From Eubacteriales bacterium (GTDB lineage Bacteria > Bacillota > Clostridia > Oscillospirales > CAG-382), in assembly GCA_045533895.1 (NCBI GenBank), contig JAZSIT010000045.1, positions 2,499-66,498 on the forward strand: 64,000 nucleotides of DNA, written 5' to 3'. Below, one piece after another: positions 8,730-17,866 of this stretch. Every line of letters starts with the position of its first letter. The stretch's first letter is position 1. Position numbers and translations under genes: made by a program. Below the pieces are notes generated by a model, which did no database searches, was not told the DNA's origin, and was given only the letters and a program-made list of their open reading frames with translations.

Positions 8730-9041
8730 TTATTCTCCCAACAGGCTCTCGGCAACCAAGCGTACCTCTGCGGAATCTGTAATGGAAATTATCTTTTCCG
8801 CCGCGCTCTTTACCGCTTGCCCTCTCTCATATACGTGTAAACACTCTTCAAGCTCATACAGTCTTTCCTCGCCGTGCTTGATAAGGTCTCTCACCGCCTG
8901 ACGGGTTATACCGGATTGCTCCGCTATCTCCGCAAGAGAAAGATCCTCGTTATAATAAAGGTCAAGCGCGTCCCTCTGACGGGGGGAAAGCACACGGGAA
9001 TAACAATCGAACAGCAAGGATATTCTCTCTCTTCCGTTCAT
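8730..9041 (-). CDS. ylxM: YlxM/UPF0122 putative DNA-binding protein
   Basis: MNGRERISLLFDCYSRVLSPRQRDALDLYYNEDLSLAEIAE (sigma-70 region-4-like HTH). Conserved position upstream of ffh. GGAGG RBS. The 63-aa upstream ORF extension is rejected. Confidence 0.88.
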   Translation of the reverse strand: MNGRERISLLFDCYSRVLSPRQRDALDLYYNEDLSLAEIAEQSGITRQAVRDLIKHGEERLYELEECLHVYERGQAVKSAAEKIISITDSAEVRLVAESLLGE

Positions 9042-9054
9042 ACCGTTTTCCTCC

Positions 9055-9094
9055 AAAAAATGAGTGCCTGTAAAGTTTTTTTCTTTACAGGCAC
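9055..9094 (-). terminator. Intrinsic terminator of the Clp ATPase gene
   Basis: Perfect 12-bp stem GTGCCTGTAAAG / CTTTACAGGCAC (9064-9094) with an A7/T7 loop. The minus strand is followed by TCATTTTTT. Confidence 0.7.
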
Positions 9095-9096
9095 AT

Positions 9097-9125
9097 ATTA
9101 TATCCTTTGTTTGCGGTTTTGTCAA
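9097..9125 (-). promoter_or_regulatory. Sigma-70-type promoter of ylxM-ffh
   Basis: The minus strand reads TTGACA (9125-9120, embedding the Clp TGA stop), 17 nt, then TATAAT (9102-9097). The -10 ends 2 nt before the terminator stem. Confidence 0.6.
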
Positions 9126-11233
9126 GTACTTTTTTGATATTCTCTTACTTTTTTGAACTGTTTTTCCCACGCCGCATCCTGTGTTATGCGGGTCACGGCG
9201 CGGCACAGCACTCTGGCGCTTCCTCCGCATCCCTCCACCGCCTGCAATATAGCCTCTTCCGGCAGAGAGATTTCCACGCCCTTCTCCACGGCAGCGTTGA
9301 CCAGCTCTTTTGCCCGTTTTGACGCAATACGGCGCAGAGATACCTTGTCGAGAGGCTCAAACCGCACGATATCCTCGATACGGTCGGTAATTTCCGGCGA
9401 AAGAATTTTATCGGTAATACTCTTTTCCCGCTCTCCGGAAAATCCGATACCTGCACCGAGACCGTCCACCGACGCGGTGAAAATTACCGTTGCGTGGGAG
9501 AAGGACACGTTAAGCCCATCGGAATCAGTAAGAAAGCCTCTGTCCAAAATTTGGGAGACCAGCCCCATTACATCGGGATGTGCTTTTTCCACTCCGTCAA
9601 AAAGCACCACGCAAAAGGGAGTGCGGCGGACAGCCTCGGTAAGCACGCCTCCCTCGCCGAAGCCCGTATATCCGGGCGGTGCACCGATAAGACGGGAAGC
9701 CGTATGAGGTTCGGTGTATTCGGACATATCTATAAGCACAAATCCTTTGTCGGTACCGCACAAAGTAAGTGCCAACGCTTTGGCACACTCGGTTTTCCCC
9801 ACACCGTGAGGCCCGTAAAACAACATACTTCCCATGGGACGGTCGGGCTCGGATATACGGGAAAGCCGTCGGCGCATAGCGGCTGTTATGGCTTTTATTG
9901 CTTTTTCCTGACCGATAATGCGGTCGTTCAAAGAATTTTCAATTTGCTCTGCGTTTTCTCCGCCCACAATGAATTCACGAGGGATACCGGATATCTCCCC
10001 TGTGAGAAGGGCGATATCCTCCTCTGTAACCGTTTTTCCGCCGGAAAGCCGCTTTGCCGACGCCGCTTCATCAATAAGGTCAATAGCTTTATCCGGCAGA
10101 CGGCGTCCTGCAATATATCTGTGTGAATATTCCGCCGCCGCGTCCAACGCCTCATGGGATATGCAGACTCCGTGGTGGTTTTCGTACCGTCCTTTAAGCG
10201 CCATAAGCACACGTTTGCATTCCTCCACTGACGGTTCGTTTATATACACCTGCTGGAAACGGCGCTCAAGAGCGGAATCCTTTTCTATACTTTTTTTGAA
10301 TTCTTTTGGAGTGGTTGCGCCGATAAGCTGTATTTCCCCTCTTGCAAGGGCAGGCTTCAAAATGTTGGAAGCGTCTACCGCTCCCTCTGCCGCTCCCGCG
10401 CCTACAAGAGTATGGATTTCGTCTATAAACAAGATGACGCTTTTATCTTCGGTCGCTTCTCTAATGACGGTGCGTAGTTTTTCCTCAAATTCGCCTCGGT
10501 ATTTGGTGCCTGCCACAAGACAGGACATATCGAGGGACAATATTCGTCGGTAGCGCATTTCCTCCGGCACATTACCCTCGGCTATACGAAGTGCAATAGA
10601 TTCTGCCACGGCAGTCTTACCCACTCCGGCCTCACCGATGAGAAGGGGGTTGTTTTTTCGGCGACGGAGAAGAATGCGTATTATACGTCCCTCCTCCCTT
10701 TCTCTGCCTACCACCGGGTCGATTTCACCCCGAAGCGCTTTGTCTGTCAGAGACACCGAGTAACGGTCCAGAGTGGGAGTGGATAAACGGGTTTCCTTTT
10801 TATAGCTTGATTTTTTATTCATCTGTCTTTCCAAAGCCTTCCTGAAGTTATCGGTATCAATATCCATATCCTCCAAAAGGCGTGTTGCCACGCAATCGGA
10901 GGATAAAAGAGCTAAAAGCAAATGAGTTTCGTCCGCGGTGTTTCCCGAAATGACACTTTCCGCCGCGCGTGAAAGTACTCTGCGCATGGCAGGAGTCATA
11001 TCCTCAGGTGCGAGATAAGTCCTCTCCCCCTGCTCGGACAGCATATTTATTTTTTCGCGCAGGGTTTTTTCCGTAAGACCTTTGAGTTCTGTTATATATA
11101 CGGGTATATCTCCCGATATTACCAAAGCCAGCAGAAGATGCTCGGTGCCTACGTAGATATGCCCCATTTCTCCTGCCGTTTTTATTGCTGTTTCCACTAT
11201 ATTTTTTGCGTGATCGGAAAATCTGTTCTGCAT
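9122..11233 (-). CDS. Clp/Hsp100 AAA+ unfoldase with ClpA-like architecture (two Clp_N repeats, D1, D2, no middle domain)
   Basis: D1 has GEAGVGKTAVAE and ILFIDEIHTL. D2 has GPHGVGKTECAKA and VVLFDGVEKAHPDV. IGF loop present (GAGIGFSG). Start chosen at the second ATG (11233) for RBS GGGAGGG spacing. Confidence 0.9.
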   Translation of the reverse strand: MQNRFSDHAKNIVETAIKTAGEMGHIYVGTEHLLLALVISGDIPVYITELKGLTEKTLREKINMLSEQGERTYLAPEDMTPAMRRVLSRAAESVISGNTADETHLLLALLSSDCVATRLLEDMDIDTDNFRKALERQMNKKSSYKKETRLSTPTLDRYSVSLTDKALRGEIDPVVGREREEGRIIRILLRRRKNNPLLIGEAGVGKTAVAESIALRIAEGNVPEEMRYRRILSLDMSCLVAGTKYRGEFEEKLRTVIREATEDKSVILFIDEIHTLVGAGAAEGAVDASNILKPALARGEIQLIGATTPKEFKKSIEKDSALERRFQQVYINEPSVEECKRVLMALKGRYENHHGVCISHEALDAAAEYSHRYIAGRRLPDKAIDLIDEAASAKRLSGGKTVTEEDIALLTGEISGIPREFIVGGENAEQIENSLNDRIIGQEKAIKAITAAMRRRLSRISEPDRPMGSMLFYGPHGVGKTECAKALALTLCGTDKGFVLIDMSEYTEPHTASRLIGAPPGYTGFGEGGVLTEAVRRTPFCVVLFDGVEKAHPDVMGLVSQILDRGFLTDSDGLNVSFSHATVIFTASVDGLGAGIGFSGEREKSITDKILSPEITDRIEDIVRFEPLDKVSLRRIASKRAKELVNAAVEKGVEISLPEEAILQAVEGCGGSARVLCRAVTRITQDAAWEKQFKKVREYQKST

Positions 11234-11290
11234 GCCCATTCCCTCCCAAAATCTATTTTATGTGTTTTTGCGGATTATTGTTAAAACCAC

Positions 11291-11319
11291 TTCCAAAATC
11301 CGCCCGAATGTGATATAAT
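11291..11319 (+). promoter_or_regulatory. Extended -10 promoter
   Basis: TGATATAAT (TGn + TATAAT at 11314-11319) with a weak -35 TTCCAA at 17-nt spacing. Confidence 0.45.
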
Positions 11320-11349
11320 GAATCAAGCACTTTGAAGGGAGGTATATTT

Positions 11350-12060
11350 TTGGCAGATAAAAACAAGAAAAAGGTTGTTTCACGTCCCCTCACGCCGGAC
11401 GAGATTACGGCGCGGGACGCACGCAAAGCCGCCGCCATACGCAAAAAGCGCGCAAGAAGAGAAAAACTCCTTGCCTGCACTGCGGTGCTTCTGGCGGTAT
11501 ATATCGGCATTATTGGAATTATTGCCGCATACGGTATACTTTCATTCAATTCTGTGGCGGAAAGTAACAAAGTTTATTCGGTAGAAGGGTATCTGGGCGA
11601 AACCAAGGTGTTTACCGTGCCCTCATCCCGCGCAACCAATTCATACGGGCTTTATATCCCCTTTTCCACCCTTACAAAGCTTTGCCCCATGTCTATTGCC
11701 GGAGATAAGGACAGCGTTGCCATAATCCTGCCCGATTCGGATGATTATATTAAATGCTTTTCCAATTCCTCTTCTATTCAGGTAAACGATTCTCCCTGCC
11801 GTCTTTCCTGCCCCGTATTGTTCGAGGAGGACGATTGGCTTATACCCGTTGAAATACTTGAGTATATTAACGGCATTAATGTTACGTACGAAAAAGGGAA
11901 CGTGTGTATAATCCATGTAAAAAGCGCGGATACTTATCTTTCCGCATCCCATTCCCTGCCTATCGGTATCGACCATATTGAGTTCAGTCCTCTGTATGAT
12001 ACCGATTATATCCACGGCGAAGAAAGCGATGTAAGCGATACGGATGAGTTTTTCGAATAA
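11350..12060 (+). CDS. Membrane-anchored hypothetical protein (basic N-terminus, one TM, extracytoplasmic domain with a copper-amine-oxidase-N/stalk-like segment)
   Basis: ORF 11332..12060. The TTG at 11350 sits 7 nt after GGGAGG. TM segment LLACTAVLLAVYIGIIGIIAAYGIL. Acidic C-terminal tail. Confidence 0.7.
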   Translation: MADKNKKKVVSRPLTPDEITARDARKAAAIRKKRARREKLLACTAVLLAVYIGIIGIIAAYGILSFNSVAESNKVYSVEGYLGETKVFTVPSSRATNSYGLYIPFSTLTKLCPMSIAGDKDSVAIILPDSDDYIKCFSNSSSIQVNDSPCRLSCPVLFEEDDWLIPVEILEYINGINVTYEKGNVCIIHVKSADTYLSASHSLPIGIDHIEFSPLYDTDYIHGEESDVSDTDEFFE

Positions 12061-12073
12061 GAGCAAAAAATTA

Positions 12074-12111
12074 CCCCGCGAATGATTTGTATGCATTCGC
12101 GGGGCGTTTTT
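12074..12111. terminator. Bidirectional hairpin terminator between convergent genes
   Basis: CCCCGCGAATG (9-nt loop) CATTCGCGGGG, flanked by an A-run and a T-run. Confidence 0.7.
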
Positions 12112-13388
12112 CATTTTACCGCAACATCAAAATATTCAATAGTTACGGGCTGGTTTGCCTGACCCGCAACGTATATTTTTATTCCGGATATTACCAGATA
12201 TCCATCGTGTATGCAGGACTTGGGAACGGGAAGAGAGGAAAGGGGAATTTCTATATCTATAGTCTGGTTGGCGATAATATCTCCCGTATAAGAATCGGTT
12301 TCGCAGTTAAGATAGGGATTGATGCACAGATACTGTCCTTCCGCGTAAGCGTGGGGATAAGCACCGTCAAAATACAAAAGTATGCTGGCGTTTACGTTGG
12401 CGGTGGTGAGGCGGATGCTCAAGGACGCCGAATTCACAGGAACCTTTATGCCCTGAGTATAACAGCACTGGGCATCGGGCCACAGTCCGTTTGTGTTTCT
12501 GAAAACAAGCTTATCTGTAGTATTATCCGAAACGCTGACACGTATGGTGTATCCGTCAACGTACCACATGTCCTTTTCAAAGGGCGTGAGAGAAGCGCTT
12601 TCGCCCGTGGAAAGCAAAACAGAATTATCGTAATTCACCTCAGGCGCATCGGGGTCTCTTTCAAAATTCTCAAGCATATATGCAGTAACGGTATCCGCAA
12701 AGACCTTGTTGCCGTTTTCACTTAAATGTATACCGTCTGCGCGGACGATTTGGTTAACGGGATATTTTCCGCATTCGGCGCGGAGGTCTATAAGATGACA
12801 GCCGGTCTCCTCCGCAACGGCACGGGTCATATCGTTATACGTATCCAGCCACTCAAGAATATCTCTGTCGCCGTACATGCTCTTGTCCTGACCCTGACTT
12901 GCAAAAAACACGTTTACATCAAGAGTGTTGGTGGTAAGCAGTATGGGCACCGCATCAAGCTCGCGTACCTTTTCCACAAGGGAAGCCATATTTTTCTTAA
13001 ACTGCTCGGGCGATACCTTGGGAGTATCCACCGCCGTCATAAGCAGGTCGTTCATGCCGAAGCAAAGAGTAACGTAATCGGGGTTGCGGGAGGCAACAAA
13101 AGCATCAAACCTTGCAAGACCCTGTGCGCTGGTTATACCGCCTGCCGCGCCGTTAAAAAAACGCATATTGCAGTTTTCAGCCACAGTCTTGCCCCACGTT
13201 CCCAAGGCGGTGATGGAATCCCCAAACACTACCAAAAGAGAATTATCAAGAGAAGCGGGAGTAAAAACGCTTTCCTCCGAAACGGTATCGGACACGGTGC
13301 TTTCAGACACATCCGAAGCATCGCCTCCGGAGGTGCAGGCACACATTAAAAACAAACATGCAAGCATTAGAGCAAATATCCTTTTCAT
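12111..13388 (-). CDS. SGNH/GDSL-family hydrolase lipoprotein with a C-terminal beta-rich domain
   Basis: MKRIFALMLACLFLMCAC signal/lipobox. VVFGDSITA block I, GxND (FGMNDL). Start at Met9 with an AAAGGAAG RBS. Confidence 0.8.
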   Translation of the reverse strand: MKRIFALMLACLFLMCACTSGGDASDVSESTVSDTVSEESVFTPASLDNSLLVVFGDSITALGTWGKTVAENCNMRFFNGAAGGITSAQGLARFDAFVASRNPDYVTLCFGMNDLLMTAVDTPKVSPEQFKKNMASLVEKVRELDAVPILLTTNTLDVNVFFASQGQDKSMYGDRDILEWLDTYNDMTRAVAEETGCHLIDLRAECGKYPVNQIVRADGIHLSENGNKVFADTVTAYMLENFERDPDAPEVNYDNSVLLSTGESASLTPFEKDMWYVDGYTIRVSVSDNTTDKLVFRNTNGLWPDAQCCYTQGIKVPVNSASLSIRLTTANVNASILLYFDGAYPHAYAEGQYLCINPYLNCETDSYTGDIIANQTIDIEIPLSSLPVPKSCIHDGYLVISGIKIYVAGQANQPVTIEYFDVAVK

Positions 13389-13403
13389 AATATACTTCCT
13401 TTC

Positions 13404-13440
13404 AAAAAGCAAAATTCCGCCGTTAAAGCAAACGGCGGAA
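13404..13440 (-). terminator. Hairpin terminator/attenuator after the NUDIX gene
   Basis: TTCCGCCGTT-aaagca-AACGGCGGAA. The minus strand is followed by TTTTGCTTTTT. It lies only about 16 nt upstream of the next gene's start. Confidence 0.5.
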
Positions 13441-13447
13441 AGTGTTT

Positions 13448-13912
13448 TTATTTATCTTCTCCGCCAAAGGATACGGAGCGCTGATTCATCACACCCTGAT
13501 ATACATCGCCTGACTTGCCAAGATAAAAATTCTTTATAAGCTTGCGAAGCTCAAGGGGATAAAGGGGTTCTGCGGAAATATTATCGATATTAAGCCATTT
13601 GGTGCCTACCTGAAATTCATCATACTCAAAGGTATTGTTTTCCAATTCGCCCTTTATCTCGCACAGCACCATAAACTCAACGCGGTGTTTTTCCTCGCCC
13701 TCAAAGGTCTCGCGAATAAACATTATCTCCTTAGGCTCGATATCATAGCCTGCTTCCTCTGCCATCTCGCGCTTGAGTGTATCGAAAATAAGCTCATCCG
13801 GACGCTGTTTACCGCCGGGAAGAGTATAGTATGTACCGTTATTCTGCATCTCGGCAACCAAAAGCTTGTTGCCTTTAATTATTATTCCTTTTACGGAATT
13901 ACGTATAACCAT
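13448..13912 (-). CDS. NUDIX hydrolase
   Basis: NUDIX box GGKQRPDELIFDTLKREMAEEAG. Start at Met24 with an AGAGGTG RBS. Confidence 0.85.
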   Translation of the reverse strand: MVIRNSVKGIIIKGNKLLVAEMQNNGTYYTLPGGKQRPDELIFDTLKREMAEEAGYDIEPKEIMFIRETFEGEEKHRVEFMVLCEIKGELENNTFEYDEFQVGTKWLNIDNISAEPLYPLELRKLIKNFYLGKSGDVYQGVMNQRSVSFGGEDK

Positions 13913-13996
13913 ATATAAATACACCTCTGTAATTATTTCTGATAACAGTAAACAACATTTGACCGCATTTGTCAAGAGCAAACAAGCCGAAATTGC

Positions 13997-14025
13997 TTGA
14001 CTGAAACGAAATAATGGTGTAAAAT
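13997..14025 (+). promoter_or_regulatory. Sigma-A-like promoter upstream of spoIIR
   Basis: TTGACT-17-TAAAAT with TG immediately 5' of the hexamer. spoIIR is sigma-F dependent in Bacillus, so the relevance is uncertain. A weak sigma-F-like -10 GGTGTCAATA lies nearer the gene. Confidence 0.35.
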
Positions 14026-14095
14026 TTGTATAAGAACTTTGTTTAAGTCTCCTTTGCAGGTGTCAATAATACGGATACCGAAAAAGGAGGTATAA

Positions 14096-14668
14096 ATGAT
14101 GATAACAAAAACAAAGCTTGTTGCCTGCATAACCGCAGTAATACTTACCATTGCCGTATCCCACATAACCTTGCCTGCAGGGGAAGAAAATATTTACGAT
14201 AACACCGTAAGATTGCACATACTGGCAAACAGCGATTCGGAATACGACCAACAAATAAAGCTGAAGGTCCGTGACGCTATTATACAAAACAGCAAAGCCC
14301 TTGAAAGTATTACCGATATATCTGTTTTGGAAGATGAAATAATCCGTATTGCCGCTTCGGTTACAGGGGATACAGAGGTGCGCACTGAATACGGGAAAGA
14401 GTATTACGATACCCGCGAATACGAAGGAGTTATGTTCCCCGCCGGAACATATACTTCGCTGAGAGTGATTATAGGTAACGGAGAAGGGAAAAACTGGTGG
14501 TGCGTGCTGTTTCCGCCGCTGTGCCTTTCTGCCGCTACGGCGCAGGATGCCCTTGAAAGCACGGGTATGAGCGAGGATGCAGTTAACGTATTTACAAAAA
14601 CAGATACGGTGAAATATAAAATAAGATTCCGTATACTTGAAATATTCGGCTTTTTATCAAAGGAGTGA
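14096..14668 (+). CDS. spoIIR: Stage II sporulation protein R
   Basis: VRLHILANSDSEYDQQIKLKVRDAI and NWWCVLFPPLCL signature segments. AAGGAGG RBS. Confidence 0.92.
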   Translation: MMITKTKLVACITAVILTIAVSHITLPAGEENIYDNTVRLHILANSDSEYDQQIKLKVRDAIIQNSKALESITDISVLEDEIIRIAASVTGDTEVRTEYGKEYYDTREYEGVMFPAGTYTSLRVIIGNGEGKNWWCVLFPPLCLSAATAQDALESTGMSEDAVNVFTKTDTVKYKIRFRILEIFGFLSKE

Positions 14669-14674
14669 AAAAAC

Positions 14675-17600
14675 ATGCTGCACCGCATAATAGGTAAAAG
14701 CGGAAGCGGAAAAACCCAAGTTATTATAAACCAAATAAAGGAATGTATTTCCGCAAAGCAGCAGTGTATCGTCATCGTGCCCGAGCAGCAATCGGTAGCA
14801 TACGAGAGAAAGCTTTCTGCCGCTTTGGGAGATACCTTTAATATGTACTGCGAGGTGCTTAACTTTGAGCGTCTGCCCAACCGTGTTTCCAGAGAATACG
14901 GAAATTTGGTATCTGCATATATGGACAAGGGCAGCAGAAACGTACTGCTGGCATCTGCAGTGTATTCGGTAAAGGATTCTCTTACCGAATACGCACCCGT
15001 TTGCGAGGACAACGATTTTATTAAAAAAACAAGCGGACTTATTACCAATCTTAAAATGCGGGGAATAACCGCGTCTGACCTTGAGAGCGCGGCGGAGAAG
15101 ATATCCTCCCCCCGTCTTAAAGGCAAAATAAAGGATATATGCTTAATTCTTAACGCATATTCCGCAATTACCCCTGCGGGAATGTATGACCCTGACGATG
15201 CCCTTACCCACCTTGCACGCAGGCTGGATACACACCCGTTTTTTCTGAACAAATACGTTTTTATTGACGGATGCTATACATATACCGTTCAGGAAACGGA
15301 AATTATTAAAAAGATACTTGAACAGGCAAGACAGACCTATATATCCTTCCTCGTTGGCGAGGACCCCGACCTTTACAAGGAAACAAGCCTTTGCGCGGAG
15401 AATATAAAAGCACTTGCTATCAAAACAGAAGATATCGTCCTTGGCGACAACAGGCGCGCAAAGGATGAATGTATTGAATACGCGCAGGATTTTCTGTGGG
15501 ATGCTTCTGCGCCCAAATACGAAAAGAATACCGAAAATATAAAAATAATCTCCGCGTCCGATACCTTTGGTGAAGCCTCGGCTGTGAGCAGTATCATACA
15601 TTCTCTCATACGTGACGGATACCGCTACCGCGATATTACCGTTATTACGGGAAGTGCGGGAAATTATGACGGTATAATAGACACTGTTCTCTCATCCGAC
15701 GGGGTGCCCTGCTATATGTCTGTAAAGGACGAGCTTGCCACCAAGCCCGTAGTCTCCTTTGTGCTTTCGGCTTTGGAGATTGCCGCCACGGATTTTGCGC
15801 CCGCCGCTGTAAACAGATACATAAAAAACAGCTTTTGCGCTCTCACCGTAAAGGAAAGAGACCTTATATCCCGTTACGCGGATATGTGGGGAATACGGGG
15901 AAAACGGTGGTATGACGGAAAACCGTGGATGATGAACCCCGAGGGATACACCAACACGCTTACGGATTATTCTGCCCACACCCTTTTGTACGTTAACAAA
16001 GCGCGGGACAAAATGATGAATATACTTTTGCCCGTATACGAAACCCTTACTTCTCCCGACCTTACCGTGAGAAGCGGTGTGGAAGCACTTTACAGCCTGC
16101 TTATATCTGCCGAGGCGGACAAACGCCTCCTTGCCCGCGCAAGGGTGTTGCAGGACACGGGTAAGGAACGGGAAAGTGATATTCTTGCCCAGATATGGGA
16201 TACTCTTATTGATATTTTCGACCGTCTTGCAGACGTTTGCGGTGACGAAAAGGTTAGCCCCGAAAGACTGCACAGATACTTGCTTTTAATGATACAGTCT
16301 CGTTCTGTGGGCGCCATACCGCCGGTAATAGACAGCGTTACGGTAGGCGACGCGCGCCTTATCCGCGCGGAAAACTGCCGCGCCTGCATACTTATGGGAG
16401 TTAACGACGGCGTGTTCCCCAAAGCGCCGGGCAAAAACCCCCTCTTTGACGACACAGAGCTTACCGCGCTGGCAGAGGCGGGGGCTGAAATTGCCCTGCC
16501 CTTTTTCAGACAGCAAAACGAGGAACGCTTTTACTTTACGGCGGCGGTATCCGCCCCTGCGGAAAAGCTGTTTATCACCTATCCACGGGGAGACCTTGGC
16601 GGTGCATCCCTGCGTCCGTCGGTCGCTGTGATGCGGATGAAAGAGCTTTTCGGAATTACCGAAACCCACTTTGGTGACAAGGAAACGGATATGCTTTACT
16701 GCATACCTGCGGCAAAAAGACATCTTGGCGGAATTAAAAATCCGTGTATAACCGAAGCGCTTTCAGGGCTTTGGAAAGAGGATAAAATGTCCCCCATTTA
16801 CGACGAAACAGCCTTTGTGGAAATGGAGGACACGGTTCTTTCCCTCACCCCCAGCAGAACGGACAAGTATGCATCCTGCCCATTTTCTTTCTTTGCGCGG
16901 TATTTGCTTAAATTGAGAGAGGACAAGAAAGCATCCTTCTCCGCCCCTGAGGTGGGAACATTTATTCACGCAATACTTGAGGAATTTGTTGCCGCCCGCA
17001 CGGCAGACGGCATATTTACTCCCCTTCCCGAAAAGGAAGCAAAGGAGGAGGTAGACCGTCTTACCGAAAGCTATATTCTGTCCGTAGCGGGAGAATATGC
17101 GCAGGACAAGCGGTTTATTCACGCAGTAAATAAATTCAAGCGCACGCTGGGTCTGCTTATTAAAAACATATCCGCAGAGTTTGCGCAAAGTAAGTTCTGC
17201 CCCGTGGGATTTGAAGTAAAGATAGGTATGGGCGACCTGCCTGCGGTGAAAATTCCGACCGAAAAGGGAGTGGTGCGGCTGTGCGGAATTGTTGACCGTA
17301 CCGACACCGCAGTTATTGACGGAAAAACCTACCTGAGAGTTATTGACTACAAGACGGGAGACAAAAAGTTTTCTCTTGAAAAAATAGAAAAGGGTCTGGA
17401 CCTGCAGATGCTTATGTATCTCTTTGCCTGCTGTGCCGCAGACCAAACAGGAAACACCCTGCCTGCAGGAGTATTGTATATGCCCGCATCCGCCCCCCTC
17501 TTGGACGGAGAAAAGGAATATGAGGATATTGAGCAGGCGGCAATAATGGGAATTAAAAAGAGCGGTCTTGTCCTGGCAGACCCCGAAATTATCCGCGCGA

Positions 17601-17845
17601 TGGACGCGGAGGGCGGCGGAATATTTATACCCGCGCGTCTTAAAAAGGACGGCACCGTATCATCGGTGGGCGCAAGTGCAAAAACACTTGAAGAATTCGA
17701 TGAATTGCAGGATAAGCTTAAAGACACCATACGTGCTATGGGCGACAGGCTTATATCCGGCGATATGTGTATAAAGCCTATAAAGGACGGAAGCATAAAC
17801 GCCTGCAGATATTGCGAATTTAAGGCGTTTTGCAGAAAGCAATAA
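14675..17845 (+). CDS. addB: Helicase-exonuclease AddAB, subunit B
   Basis: 1056 aa. GKSGSGKT N-terminus and a C-terminal nuclease domain with Fe-S cysteines (CPFSFF ... CRYCEFKAFC). Confidence 0.93.
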   Translation: MLHRIIGKSGSGKTQVIINQIKECISAKQQCIVIVPEQQSVAYERKLSAALGDTFNMYCEVLNFERLPNRVSREYGNLVSAYMDKGSRNVLLASAVYSVKDSLTEYAPVCEDNDFIKKTSGLITNLKMRGITASDLESAAEKISSPRLKGKIKDICLILNAYSAITPAGMYDPDDALTHLARRLDTHPFFLNKYVFIDGCYTYTVQETEIIKKILEQARQTYISFLVGEDPDLYKETSLCAENIKALAIKTEDIVLGDNRRAKDECIEYAQDFLWDASAPKYEKNTENIKIISASDTFGEASAVSSIIHSLIRDGYRYRDITVITGSAGNYDGIIDTVLSSDGVPCYMSVKDELATKPVVSFVLSALEIAATDFAPAAVNRYIKNSFCALTVKERDLISRYADMWGIRGKRWYDGKPWMMNPEGYTNTLTDYSAHTLLYVNKARDKMMNILLPVYETLTSPDLTVRSGVEALYSLLISAEADKRLLARARVLQDTGKERESDILAQIWDTLIDIFDRLADVCGDEKVSPERLHRYLLLMIQSRSVGAIPPVIDSVTVGDARLIRAENCRACILMGVNDGVFPKAPGKNPLFDDTELTALAEAGAEIALPFFRQQNEERFYFTAAVSAPAEKLFITYPRGDLGGASLRPSVAVMRMKELFGITETHFGDKETDMLYCIPAAKRHLGGIKNPCITEALSGLWKEDKMSPIYDETAFVEMEDTVLSLTPSRTDKYASCPFSFFARYLLKLREDKKASFSAPEVGTFIHAILEEFVAARTADGIFTPLPEKEAKEEVDRLTESYILSVAGEYAQDKRFIHAVNKFKRTLGLLIKNISAEFAQSKFCPVGFEVKIGMGDLPAVKIPTEKGVVRLCGIVDRTDTAVIDGKTYLRVIDYKTGDKKFSLEKIEKGLDLQMLMYLFACCAADQTGNTLPAGVLYMPASAPLLDGEKEYEDIEQAAIMGIKKSGLVLADPEIIRAMDAEGGGIFIPARLKKDGTVSSVGASAKTLEEFDELQDKLKDTIRAMGDRLISGDMCIKPIKDGSINACRYCEFKAFCRKQ

Positions 17846-17866
17846 AACGGAAGGGAGGAACACAAA

